Shown in pieces: positions 26,296 to 36,900 of a stretch of DNA of 64,000 nucleotides (position 1 is the first letter of the stretch; each line of letters opens with the position of its first letter). The notes beneath the pieces were generated by a model, which was given only the letters and a program-made list of their open reading frames with translations, did not search any database and was not told the DNA's origin. Both the position numbers and the translations under genes were made by a program. Source of the DNA: a virus. Lineage: Duplodnaviria; Caudoviricetes. The stretch is taken from IMG/VR virus record IMGVR_UViG_3300021295_000001; one strand, given 5' to 3'.

Positions 26296-29200
26296 ATGCG
26301 CGTGAGGTATGGCAAGAAAACGACGGCCAAGAACCTTTTGGTCAACGGCTCGTTTTCGTCATCCTCCAATTGGGTAGCGTATAGGGCGACCCGCGTCTGC
26401 GCCAACGGCATGGCGACCGTCACCAAGGCGGAAACGGAATACGCGTCGTGCTACCAGGACATGTCGAACCTGATAGTCGGCCACAAGTACTTCTACATGA
26501 TTGAGATGAGGAACGTCTCTGGCATAACGACGCTGAGGTACTTCTTCCAGAACTCTGGCACTGGGTATTTCTCGAAGGTTGTGGACAGCCCCGTCGCTGG
26601 CGTTTGGTACGATTTCGTCGGCGGAGGCACCGCGTCTGGCACGTCGTCCAGGGTTGACCCGCAGGGATTGGGTCCCATCGGGGCGGTGTATCAGATGAGA
26701 ACTCCTTTGGTCATCGACCTGACGGAGACGTTCGGCTCTGGGAACGAACCTTCGCCTGAGCAATTCTATGAAATGTGCAAAAATTGCACATCAAGTTTGG
26801 CGTCTGGTCGCGATGTGACAATAAACGAGCGCGCGGGGAAGGTGGCATTGGGACCAGTCGAAGCGGAAAGTGACTTGCCAGCGGATTACAAGGAAGTAGA
26901 ATACATAGAGAGCAGTGGAACTCAGTACATAGACACTGGTTTTAAGCCGACGAAGGATACTGACGTTTCGCTCGAGACACTATATACCGTTGCGAACACC
27001 GCATATCAAGGCGTCTATCAATACATGGGCGTTTCCATGCGCGGTGGAACGTCGGTTACCGATTACGTATACAGCAACGCATACTACAGTCACACGTTCA
27101 CGAATGCAATCAACACCCGATACTCGATTGAGTTCAGACATTCGGACCATGGCCTTTACATAGACGGCACTCAGATATTCACGCAGAGCACCATTTCAAA
27201 CATCGCTCCAGCGAATTTCTATCTGTTCGCCGTGAGCAACTCGGATTCTTCCACCCCCACGACAGCGGGCAGATTCGCCTCGTGTCGACTCTATTCGTGT
27301 AGGATAACCGACGATGGCACACTCGTTCGTGACTTCGTTCCTTGCATAAGGCGTTCTGATGCGAAGCCTGGCCTCTATGACAAGGTGGAAGGCAGGTTCT
27401 ACGTGAATCAAGGCGCGGGTGACGATTTCGCCTATGCCTTGTTCCCCTATGAGTTCGTCGACTATCTGGAGTCCACTGGAACTCAGTACATAGACACAGG
27501 ATACATTCCTAATTCGAAGACGAAGATAATTTTCGACACGAAGATGTGGTATAGTGGGACTGGTGGTGTCGGCGCTTACCCACGTCAGGGCAGACATGGG
27601 GAAGGCGAACGATTGAGCATATACGTAACAAACAGTATCACCGAATTCGCTATTGGCGATTATCAGCAACTGAACCTAAACACATATAACGTCAGGCACA
27701 CGTTTGAGTTGGACGTTCCCAATCTGCAAGGCAAATTGGATGGCGTCGTCAAATGCACGTTTTCTGAACCAACGTGGACGAATCAGCAAAGTCTGTATCT
27801 GTTTGCGAGACATGTGAACACGTCGCCTTATTTCGATGGTAATGGCAACGTAATAAACTATCGCGTAAGCATATACGAGGACGATACACTCGTCATGGAT
27901 TTCATTCCCGCAATCAGAAAGTCAGATTTCAAGCCTGGCATGTACGACAAAGTCAATCGCAGATTCTACGTCAATTCTGGGACAGGTGAGTTCATCGCCC
28001 CCAAGTATGTTCCCGTTGGATACATAGAGACTTCTGGCACGCAATACATAGACACGGGCGTGAGTCTTTCCGACGACATAAGGTCCGTCGTAAAAGTGGT
28101 ATCGACTTCTACCAGTCAGGACATACCCGTATTCGGTGGAAGTTTGTCTGGAGACCACGGTTCTCTTTTCGGTTATTATCATTTAACGCCTTATTCAAAT
28201 AAGTGGTATTATGGCACCAATGGCACGGAAAAGAACGATGGCAGTTATTCTCCAACCGTCGGCCTTTCATACGAGATAGACTACAACAACAATGGGAGCG
28301 TGTACATAAACGGTTCTCTGTTGGCTTCCGCTCAGACGATGCGAGGCTATTCGACCAGCACGTTGACAATCGCCAGAAGGGGAAGCGACAACGGTTCAAG
28401 ATATGGTAAGTGGAGATACGAATACTTCAGGGTATATCGCAATTCAAGCCTGATTCACGATTACATGCCCAGCATCAGGAAGCCAGACAACAAACCTGGT
28501 CTGTACGACCGCATCACGAAAACATTCCTCACAAACAAAGGCTCGGGTGAGTTCTCGTACGGCTACAGGAACCCGTTTGACGCATACCAACGCGTTCAGT
28601 ATATAGAAAGCACTGGAACGCAGTATGTTAACACTGGATATGCCATAAAAGCGACGGATGTGGTGAATATCGAACTCATGCCTTTGCAGACAAACGTAGA
28701 TTTGGCATTTTTTGGTAATTATGACTCTGGAACCACTGGATATGCCGTTTGCGAACTGGGGCAGATAAGCAATAGTTTCAGATTCAACGTATACAGTAAC
28801 AACGTCCCTTTGACGGTTGACAGCAAGTATTCTTTCACCCGTAAAGACGATGGCGCTTGGTACTACAATGGGACAAGGCAAAACGGTGCCCAAACAGAGG
28901 ATTGCTATATGAATGCCCTTATCTTCGGTCGTTGGTGGAACGGAGGTCCGACAAAACTCAACAAAATGAGATTGTATGGACTGTCCATAAGTTCGGCATC
29001 AACGGAGATTCGCGACTTCATCCCCTGTTACCGCAAGTCGGACGGGGAGGTTGGTCTGTGGGACGCGGTGACATCCACGTTCTACGGGAATTCTGGGACT
29101 GGCGTTTTCCTACGCGGTCCAGAGGTCAACGTGGCCAAGACGGCGCCAATCGAACCCACTTACGGATACGGCCAACTGATACCCACGTTGAGTTCGAACT

Positions 29201-30279
29201 ATTGGTACGGGGAGCGCAACGCTGGGACCGCCAACGCCAGGACGTTCGACCCGTCCACGAACTCAAGCACGTACACCGCCGATTCCGTCAACAAGGGGTT
29301 CAGGTTGCTGTCCAATACGGACGCGTTCACCATCAGCGTCGTGGCTGGGCACAAATACCTGTATTCCGCGAAGCATTCATGGCAACTGGACAACGCCGTC
29401 ATAACCAAGATGTCCTACCTCAACGTCGGCAACACCAACCTGCTTTACGGGATGCCGATAACGAACGGGGCGTACACGAGGGCGATACTCTCGTGCACCG
29501 TGTCAGCCACCGACACCTATTTCGCCACGTCCCCCATAATAGACTCTGGCACCGTCGAACCAGGCGACACGTTCACCACGAAGGACTTCATGCTCATCGA
29601 CCTCACGGAATGGTTCGGAATAGGAAAAGAACCGACTTCTGTGGGGGAATTCACGGCTAAATTCCCTAGGACGTACTACGGTTTTTGGAAGGAACCCATC
29701 AGGCTTACGAGGAGGCAGATAAACTCGTTGCCCACGTATGGGTACAACCAAGTGGCAAACCCAACGCCGTCCAATATGAACGGAAGCGGAACGGCGTGGA
29801 CGACGGATGGAAGGGACTTCAGGTTCCAAGCGACCAATGACGGCGGTAGCAGATGTTCCGTAAAGAACCTGAAAATCGTGGCCAACCACAAATACCTGTT
29901 GTCGTGTTGGCTCACCCAGAGCAAATCTGGGACGTGCCTGTTGACGATGTACAATGGCAACTGGACCGCCCAATGCATGGCGACGACGCCTACGCTAAAC
30001 GCTGGCGTGAGGACGCATGTGGCGTACATAGGGATGGCGACATTCGACGAATCCAATGGCCAATACTCGTTCTATATGCGTTATCCAACGACGACTTCCA
30101 CTGGCGACAGCCTATTGGTTGAGAACCTGAACGTAATAGACCTGACCGACATGTTCGGGGAGGGGAACGAGCCAGCGACATTCGACGAGTTCAGGGAACT
30201 GTTCCCCCACGCGTATTACCCGTATTGCGCTGGCTCGAAACTGAACAGGGCGCAGATAAACGCCATGGCGAAAGACTGA
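26296..30279 (+). CDS. multi-domain lectin-like adhesin/tail protein (4 YIESxGTQYIDTG repeats and 3 IDLT.FG.G.EP domains)
   Basis: repeats visible in the translation. Confidence 0.75.
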   Translation: MRVRYGKKTTAKNLLVNGSFSSSSNWVAYRATRVCANGMATVTKAETEYASCYQDMSNLIVGHKYFYMIEMRNVSGITTLRYFFQNSGTGYFSKVVDSPVAGVWYDFVGGGTASGTSSRVDPQGLGPIGAVYQMRTPLVIDLTETFGSGNEPSPEQFYEMCKNCTSSLASGRDVTINERAGKVALGPVEAESDLPADYKEVEYIESSGTQYIDTGFKPTKDTDVSLETLYTVANTAYQGVYQYMGVSMRGGTSVTDYVYSNAYYSHTFTNAINTRYSIEFRHSDHGLYIDGTQIFTQSTISNIAPANFYLFAVSNSDSSTPTTAGRFASCRLYSCRITDDGTLVRDFVPCIRRSDAKPGLYDKVEGRFYVNQGAGDDFAYALFPYEFVDYLESTGTQYIDTGYIPNSKTKIIFDTKMWYSGTGGVGAYPRQGRHGEGERLSIYVTNSITEFAIGDYQQLNLNTYNVRHTFELDVPNLQGKLDGVVKCTFSEPTWTNQQSLYLFARHVNTSPYFDGNGNVINYRVSIYEDDTLVMDFIPAIRKSDFKPGMYDKVNRRFYVNSGTGEFIAPKYVPVGYIETSGTQYIDTGVSLSDDIRSVVKVVSTSTSQDIPVFGGSLSGDHGSLFGYYHLTPYSNKWYYGTNGTEKNDGSYSPTVGLSYEIDYNNNGSVYINGSLLASAQTMRGYSTSTLTIARRGSDNGSRYGKWRYEYFRVYRNSSLIHDYMPSIRKPDNKPGLYDRITKTFLTNKGSGEFSYGYRNPFDAYQRVQYIESTGTQYVNTGYAIKATDVVNIELMPLQTNVDLAFFGNYDSGTTGYAVCELGQISNSFRFNVYSNNVPLTVDSKYSFTRKDDGAWYYNGTRQNGAQTEDCYMNALIFGRWWNGGPTKLNKMRLYGLSISSASTEIRDFIPCYRKSDGEVGLWDAVTSTFYGNSGTGVFLRGPEVNVAKTAPIEPTYGYGQLIPTLSSNYWYGERNAGTANARTFDPSTNSSTYTADSVNKGFRLLSNTDAFTISVVAGHKYLYSAKHSWQLDNAVITKMSYLNVGNTNLLYGMPITNGAYTRAILSCTVSATDTYFATSPIIDSGTVEPGDTFTTKDFMLIDLTEWFGIGKEPTSVGEFTAKFPRTYYGFWKEPIRLTRRQINSLPTYGYNQVANPTPSNMNGSGTAWTTDGRDFRFQATNDGGSRCSVKNLKIVANHKYLLSCWLTQSKSGTCLLTMYNGNWTAQCMATTPTLNAGVRTHVAYIGMATFDESNGQYSFYMRYPTTTSTGDSLLVENLNVIDLTDMFGEGNEPATFDEFRELFPHAYYPYCAGSKLNRAQINAMAKD

Positions 30280-30295
30280 CAAGGAGGCCAAGACG

Positions 30296-31462
30296 ATGGC
30301 AGATTTGAAAAACGTGATATACCTTAGCAACGAGGACTTCGCCACGCTTTCGGCCACTGGCACGGTCACCATAGGCGGGGAGGTCCTGACCTACGACGAG
30401 GACTGCGTCTACATAACCCCAGACGTTGTTGCCTCGCACGTCGAGGCGGGCCTCATGTCACCAGACGACAAGATAAAACTGGACGGTATAGCGAGCGGGG
30501 CCCAGCCAGGCACGATAACTGGCATCACGATGAACGGGGCGTCCAAAGGCACGTCTGGCGTCGTGGATTTGGGCACGGTCGTAACAGCAGAGACAGATAC
30601 TTTGTCTTCTGTTTTGAACAGAGGGAATCAGGCGACCAAAGACGTCAACATGAACAGCAAGGACGCGTACAACGCGGGCGTGTCTCTGACCACATACAAT
30701 TATTCAACTGAGCAGTCCCCTAACACGCAATACTATTGGTATAAGATAAACCCGCCAGGCGCTGGAATAGGTGATAAATACCTTATCTTTGTCGAAGGCG
30801 ATGTTAACTATCCAGTAAAGCGTGGCAATTACATACTTGAGATTTCCAACCACAATGGCGCGTCGTACAACGTGTCGCTAACCAACTTGGGGTCGACCAG
30901 CAACGGTGAATCCATAATGTATTGCGCCATGGACGTAAGCGGGTACGTATATGTGCAAGCGTGCGTCGCTTGGACCAGTTACATGCGCATCACCAGGATT
31001 GTGACCGCGTCGTCGACCAGCCCAACCATAACGAGTGTGGGATACGCGGAGAAAGGGGTTGCGAACGGATTCACGCCAGCCAAAATTATAAACGAGACGG
31101 GCAACATAAGGATAGCCTCTGGCGCGTTGGACCCTTCGTATAACAACACGGGGACCACGGTTCTTTACGCTGGTTCGTTCGTCGAGAACGGCTGGGCGTT
31201 GTCCGCGAAATACCAGCCATTGGATGCCGATTTGACGTCAATCGCTGGCCTATCTGGCACAAGTGGTCTGCTGAGGAAGACGGCGTCGAACACGTGGTCG
31301 TTGGACACGAACAACTACGCCACCGTTTCGCAAATCCCCACGGTCAACAACGCCACGCTCACCGTTTCTCAAAACGGCTCCTCCGTCGGAACGTTCACGG
31401 CCAACGCGTCGTCCAACGTGACCATAGACATGGAGACCCCCAAAATCAGGAGACTGATGTAA
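30296..31462 (+). CDS. tail fibre/adaptor protein
   Basis: GLMS..DK.KLDGI, YQPLDADLT.IAGL and PTVNNATLT modules. Confidence 0.75.
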   Translation: MADLKNVIYLSNEDFATLSATGTVTIGGEVLTYDEDCVYITPDVVASHVEAGLMSPDDKIKLDGIASGAQPGTITGITMNGASKGTSGVVDLGTVVTAETDTLSSVLNRGNQATKDVNMNSKDAYNAGVSLTTYNYSTEQSPNTQYYWYKINPPGAGIGDKYLIFVEGDVNYPVKRGNYILEISNHNGASYNVSLTNLGSTSNGESIMYCAMDVSGYVYVQACVAWTSYMRITRIVTASSTSPTITSVGYAEKGVANGFTPAKIINETGNIRIASGALDPSYNNTGTTVLYAGSFVENGWALSAKYQPLDADLTSIAGLSGTSGLLRKTASNTWSLDTNNYATVSQIPTVNNATLTVSQNGSSVGTFTANASSNVTIDMETPKIRRLM

Positions 31463-33906
31463 TGAGAATAAGAGGTCAGCGTCTTCCTCTTGAATACGTT
31501 GAGTTGGAGTACGTACAAGGCACGGGGACCCAATGGGTCGACAGCGGTTTCGTCGACGGCCCATCCGCCCGCGTCGTCATCGACATGCAGTTCACGACGG
31601 TCACGCCGAGGCAACAGAGGCTTTTCGGCCACGGCTACGACAGCGACACTGGCTCCAACATCTCGTTCGATGCCTACATCAACGGGTCGGGCTATTTCTC
31701 TCGCGCAGCATGTGACGGCGCTGGGAACTGGCAATCGACATCGTATATCGCCGACACGAAGCGCCACGTTTTCGACCTGAACCTCGTGACGAACAAGTAC
31801 ACGATATACACGGACGGCAGAATCACGCTGAGCAACGCCAACGCCAAAACGATAACCAGGACGAACACGGCCACCGTCGGCATATTCCGCCGTAGCAACA
31901 CGTCGACCGCTTCAAACCATTACGCGAGGGCGAAACTGTTCTCGTGCAGGATGTGGAACGGCGACTCGTTGGAAAGGAACTTCGTCCCATGCGAGAGGAG
32001 GTCCGACGGGAAGGCGGGGCTGTACGATTTGGTCAACTCCGTTTTCTACGTAAGCGACGGCACAAGCGATTTCGTCGCGGGCCCAGAACTCGGGACGTGC
32101 AAGGCGCCCCTTTTCGCCAAACTGCCAGACGCCTACCAGGAAGTGGACTACCTGCAAAGCGACGGGAACCAGAGGATTGCGGTCGGCAACAGCGACATAA
32201 AGAAGGTATACGTCAAGCACAGTTTCAGCGTCATCGGCTCTGGTAGGGTCACATTGCAGGGCGGTGAGGACACATGGTGGGGCACTGACACTGGCGGTCA
32301 TTACCTACAATACGCGGACGGGGCGGTGATAACGACCTCCCAACGTCTTTACGAAGACACTATATATGAAATGACTTCGTCCCAAAAAGGATTGAAGTTT
32401 GACGGCGTTTTCTACAAATACAACAACTCCAAGACATACAATTCCTACGCGTTGTTCCAGATAAACAACTACCCCATCTACAAATTCGCTGGCAAGGTGT
32501 ACAGCGCGAAGACGTACGATTCCGACGACGTGTTGATTAACGATTTCGTACCTTGTTATCGTAAATCGGATTCCAAGCCTGGGCTTTACGACTTGGTGAA
32601 GCAAACGTTCCTCACCAATCAGGGCACTGGCGAGTTCACGGTTGGGAACGACGTCGTAGACATCCCCTCGGAGTATCAGCGCATCGAGTACCTAGAGGCT
32701 GGCACGGGGCAGTACATAGAAACTGCCCTCAACTTCAACCATGAATCGACCATGGAAATATACGGGAAGAGTTACACGTCGTCCGCAGGCAACAGGGCGT
32801 GCATCGCGTCCGAGTATGGCAATGGTAGCCAATTGAGCCTCGAGATAACGACTGGGTTGAGGTTGTTCAACAGCAGCAACCAAGATTTCGTCAACGAAGG
32901 ATATGTGAACGACAAAGTTAACGAATACGTGATGCGTTTCGACAGGACGGCGAAGACGATGAGCACGACGTGCGGGTCCGTCGAGCGCATGGCGTCCAAT
33001 GCGCTGTATGGCAACAACGGCGTCAATTTCTTCATGTTCGTGGACAGGAAGAAAAGGTTTTCCACGTTCAACAAAACCCACAGGCTGTACTATTTCAGAA
33101 TCGTGAAGGACGGAACGCTGTATTGCGACTTGGTTCCGTGCCGTAGGAAATCGGACGAGGCCCTGGGATTGTTCGACAAGGTATCTGGCTCGTTTTACAT
33201 GAACAAAGGCACGGGTGCGTTCGTGGCAGGCCGTGACATGACCGCGTCGCCCGTGATGCCATGCACGCCGAAGATTGTCAGGTTGCCATCCGAGTATCAG
33301 GAGGTGACGTTCCTAGAGTCCACTGGCGGGCAATACATAGACACTGGCGTCGCGTTGGCTGGCACCGAAAGTAGCGTGCGCACGTTCCTCCGCGTGGAGA
33401 TAACCGTCGCCCAGAACGGCGACAGGTGCCTCATAGGGAACTGCTACGGGGCGAACAAGATATACTGGTTGCCACAATACAGGCCAGAGGTCCCCGCGTT
33501 CAGGATGTTCAGTAGGGGCAACGGCGCGAACAACATAATAACTGGCCCAGGCTTCACGACGGGGAAGGTGTATAATATAATGTGCTATTCCTCACCATCG
33601 TTACAAACGATGGTGGTTGACGGGAGCATATTCAAGAAGACCGTGTCGCTGTACGTGATGGAGGCCACGCAGAACCTATACATGTTCGCGAGCAACGAAC
33701 AGGGCACCAGTGCGGAGAATTTCTCGAGGGCGCGCATATACGGCGCCAGGATATTCGTCAACGACTCGCTGAGGAGGGACTTCGTGCCCTGCTACAGGAA
33801 ATCAGACAACGTCGCTGGCATGTACGACCTCGTCACTGGCGCGTTCTTCACCAACTCTGGGACTGGCTCGTTCGTCATAGGGACGAACGTCACGCGCGTG
33901 TTCTGA
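31462..33906 (+). CDS. lectin-like adhesin with 4 tandem LP..Y....Y.....QYI.TG domains
   Basis: TAATG coupling; repeats end RDFVPC.RKSD...GLYD. Confidence 0.75.
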   Translation: MRIRGQRLPLEYVELEYVQGTGTQWVDSGFVDGPSARVVIDMQFTTVTPRQQRLFGHGYDSDTGSNISFDAYINGSGYFSRAACDGAGNWQSTSYIADTKRHVFDLNLVTNKYTIYTDGRITLSNANAKTITRTNTATVGIFRRSNTSTASNHYARAKLFSCRMWNGDSLERNFVPCERRSDGKAGLYDLVNSVFYVSDGTSDFVAGPELGTCKAPLFAKLPDAYQEVDYLQSDGNQRIAVGNSDIKKVYVKHSFSVIGSGRVTLQGGEDTWWGTDTGGHYLQYADGAVITTSQRLYEDTIYEMTSSQKGLKFDGVFYKYNNSKTYNSYALFQINNYPIYKFAGKVYSAKTYDSDDVLINDFVPCYRKSDSKPGLYDLVKQTFLTNQGTGEFTVGNDVVDIPSEYQRIEYLEAGTGQYIETALNFNHESTMEIYGKSYTSSAGNRACIASEYGNGSQLSLEITTGLRLFNSSNQDFVNEGYVNDKVNEYVMRFDRTAKTMSTTCGSVERMASNALYGNNGVNFFMFVDRKKRFSTFNKTHRLYYFRIVKDGTLYCDLVPCRRKSDEALGLFDKVSGSFYMNKGTGAFVAGRDMTASPVMPCTPKIVRLPSEYQEVTFLESTGGQYIDTGVALAGTESSVRTFLRVEITVAQNGDRCLIGNCYGANKIYWLPQYRPEVPAFRMFSRGNGANNIITGPGFTTGKVYNIMCYSSPSLQTMVVDGSIFKKTVSLYVMEATQNLYMFASNEQGTSAENFSRARIYGARIFVNDSLRRDFVPCYRKSDNVAGMYDLVTGAFFTNSGTGSFVIGTNVTRVF

Positions 33907-33928
33907 CTAAATTACAGGGAGAGTATAT

Positions 33929-36900
33929 ATGGCTAACCTAAAGGAAGTAATCTACTTGACGAACGAGGCGTACGACACGCTCGTTTCGACTGGCACGGTG
34001 ACCGTCAACGGGGTCACGATAAACTACGACGAGAACTGCGTGTACGTGACGCCAGACCAACTGGCCACCACGACGCAGGACGGCTTGATGAGCGCGTCCG
34101 ACAAGGCCGTCGTGGATTCCTTGGGCTCCGCTTCCGCCAAGAACTTCACCACGTCGGTGACGTCTGGCAGTTCCGATTTGGTCACGTCTGGCGCCGTGTG
34201 GACAGCGATAGACAACCTCCCCGAGCCGATGGTATACAAGGGAACGCTCGGCACGGGCGGGACGATAACGTCCCTGCCGACGGCGTCCTCTTCGAACGAG
34301 GGGTTCACCTACAAGGTAATCACCGCTGGGACCTACGCCAGCCAATCCGCGAAGGTCGGCGACGTCTTCATATCTAACGGTATCGCATGGACCCTGATTC
34401 CCTCTGGCGACGACGTGGATGACACTTGGCGCGGAATCAAGGTGAACGGCACCGACCTTTTGGGCACGGGCATCTCCACTGGGGCCGTCAACTTCAAGAA
34501 CGGCTCAAACGTCACGGTGTCTGGCAGTGGCAACGACGTCACCATAGCGTCCTCCAACTATTATCCCACGGCCGTGTCCTGGTCCAACGGCACCACCGCT
34601 GGCCCGACTGGCACGATGACGATGAGCGGTACGTCCAACGTGTCGATACCCGCAATACCAGACGCAACGACATCAAGAAGTGGCATCGTGACCACTGGGG
34701 CGCAATCATTCGGTGGCAACAAGAGATTCGACGGAAGCGTTTCCATGAATTCGTCAGCAACCGTGATAGGACCTCTTTACGTCGGCGAGGGCATACCTAT
34801 ATCAAGAAATGTTGGCGATGCCCCCAAATACACGAAATTCGCGGGCTTCGACAGAAGGTCTGGCGTTCTGTCTGGTTTAACCGTGTTCAGCGGAACTGGC
34901 GACTGGTTCTTCAACGCGGACAAAAAATCCACGTTCACCATACGTAGCACATTCAAAGGAAACGGAGCCGAATCCGACACATACAACGCCAACTTCTACA
35001 CCCTAGGAGTCGACGACGGGGTTACGTTGTACAACCTTTTCGACTGGAATTTGAATTCTGGTTGGCATGTACTGCCTTCAAAGGTGTCCGCATCAACGCC
35101 CGCGATAATCGAAGTCAAGAGTTCGTCGCAAATGACCTACACAGACGTGCTCAGGCTCATAATAACTGGGCACAATGGCGTTGACCCGTCGAACAATTAT
35201 TCTGGCACCCTCACCAATTATAAGATAGAGGTATGCACCGATTACACGAACAACACATGGGTCACGGTCGTCGAAAGGAGCGGGGTCGAAGATAAGATTG
35301 GCTCCTGCCCGATGTACGCGCTTCAAACGTCAACATACACGGCGTGCTTCGGCATCAGGCTCACGATAACTGGGTGTTCTGTCACTGGGTATGGATACGC
35401 CTACATAAAAATAACAAGTTTGCAATTGCGCGACAACCGTCCAGATTTCACGGTCCCAGAGTCCGTCGGCGCCATATCGTCAAGGGGCGGAAACATCTAC
35501 GGGAACCTCATATTCGACGCCAAAGGAAGTCAGCAAACGTTCAGGCCAGCGGTAAACAACACTGGTTATTTGGGAACTGGTTCCTTCAAATGGGCGTCTT
35601 TGGATGCCGTCTCGATAAACGAAAACGGCACCCCACTTTCCAACAAGTACCAAGCGAAACTCTCTTCACAGACCGCGTACAGCGCCAAGGGAACGGCCAC
35701 CAAGGTCCCGCAGATAACGACGAACTCATTGGGCCAGGTGACCAACATTTCGGAAGTCACGATAGACGCGGACACCGTCGATGGGAAGCATTTCACCGAC
35801 GTCGGCATGGAGTTCAGAGGATACCGTCAACTCAAGGTGGGCGCCATAAGCGTCCTCAAGGGAACGGTCACGTACGCCGAATTGATAGCGCTGACTGGCG
35901 TGTCCTACGGCTCGCTTTACTGCGCGTCCGACCAGAACAAATACTACAAACGCTCGTCCACGAATCCGTCGGCGACGGGCGCTTCGTGTTGGATTGATTG
36001 CACCAGTTCATACAATGAGGCGGCCGCGTTGCCAGACCAGCAGGCGAGCGGTGACCCCTACATTTACGTGAAAGTGAACACTCATCAGAAGTACTGGGGC
36101 CAAGACGTTCATTTCTACGTGCGTCCCACATACGACAACACCTCTGGTTCGACAAAGATAACTGGCTTCGCCCGCTCACAGAACAATTTCCTGGCGGAGA
36201 TGGTTGATTACAACGGCAACAAATTGCTCGGCATATACCAGGCCTCGTCCGATACGGACATATACTATCTGAAGTTCGGGAGGTACAACAGCGTATACGT
36301 GGATGGTCCGATGGCCGTCATAAACGTGTATTGCAACGTCGACAACAACATAACGCTCACCTACATACCGTCGAGTTCTTCCGAATACGCCACCGTGTCT
36401 GGGTATTCGTATTTCTCCATACCCTCGGGGGGCATAAAGAGCAACGCGATGACGCATCTGCTCCCGATTGCCAACAACACCTACGACCTTGGCGCCAACG
36501 GTAGGAACTGGCGTGACATATACGCGCAACGACTTCAATTAAACGGCACAAATGGCATAAGTTACGCTGGCACGAAGGCCACCAGTGGGATGATTACCTT
36601 CTACGACAATACGGTCGATGCCAATGGAAACGGTATCGGAATCGGTGGCGGAGGCGTCACCATCGTGGGCTCTGGCGAATCGACCAGCGCCGTTTGGTCT
36701 GGCATCGGGTCCGCCGCTGGCAGTGAATATACTTATGTGGCATCCGACAACGACGTTTACGTAGTCACTAATATGCAGAACGGCTGGGCCAACAGGAAGA
36801 CGTTCGATTTCTCCGCCGACGGCTCGTTCAACGCCACGACTTTGAAGGAGGGTGGCACTTCCCTAGCCGATAAATATCTCGGTAAAACAGCAAAAGCCTC

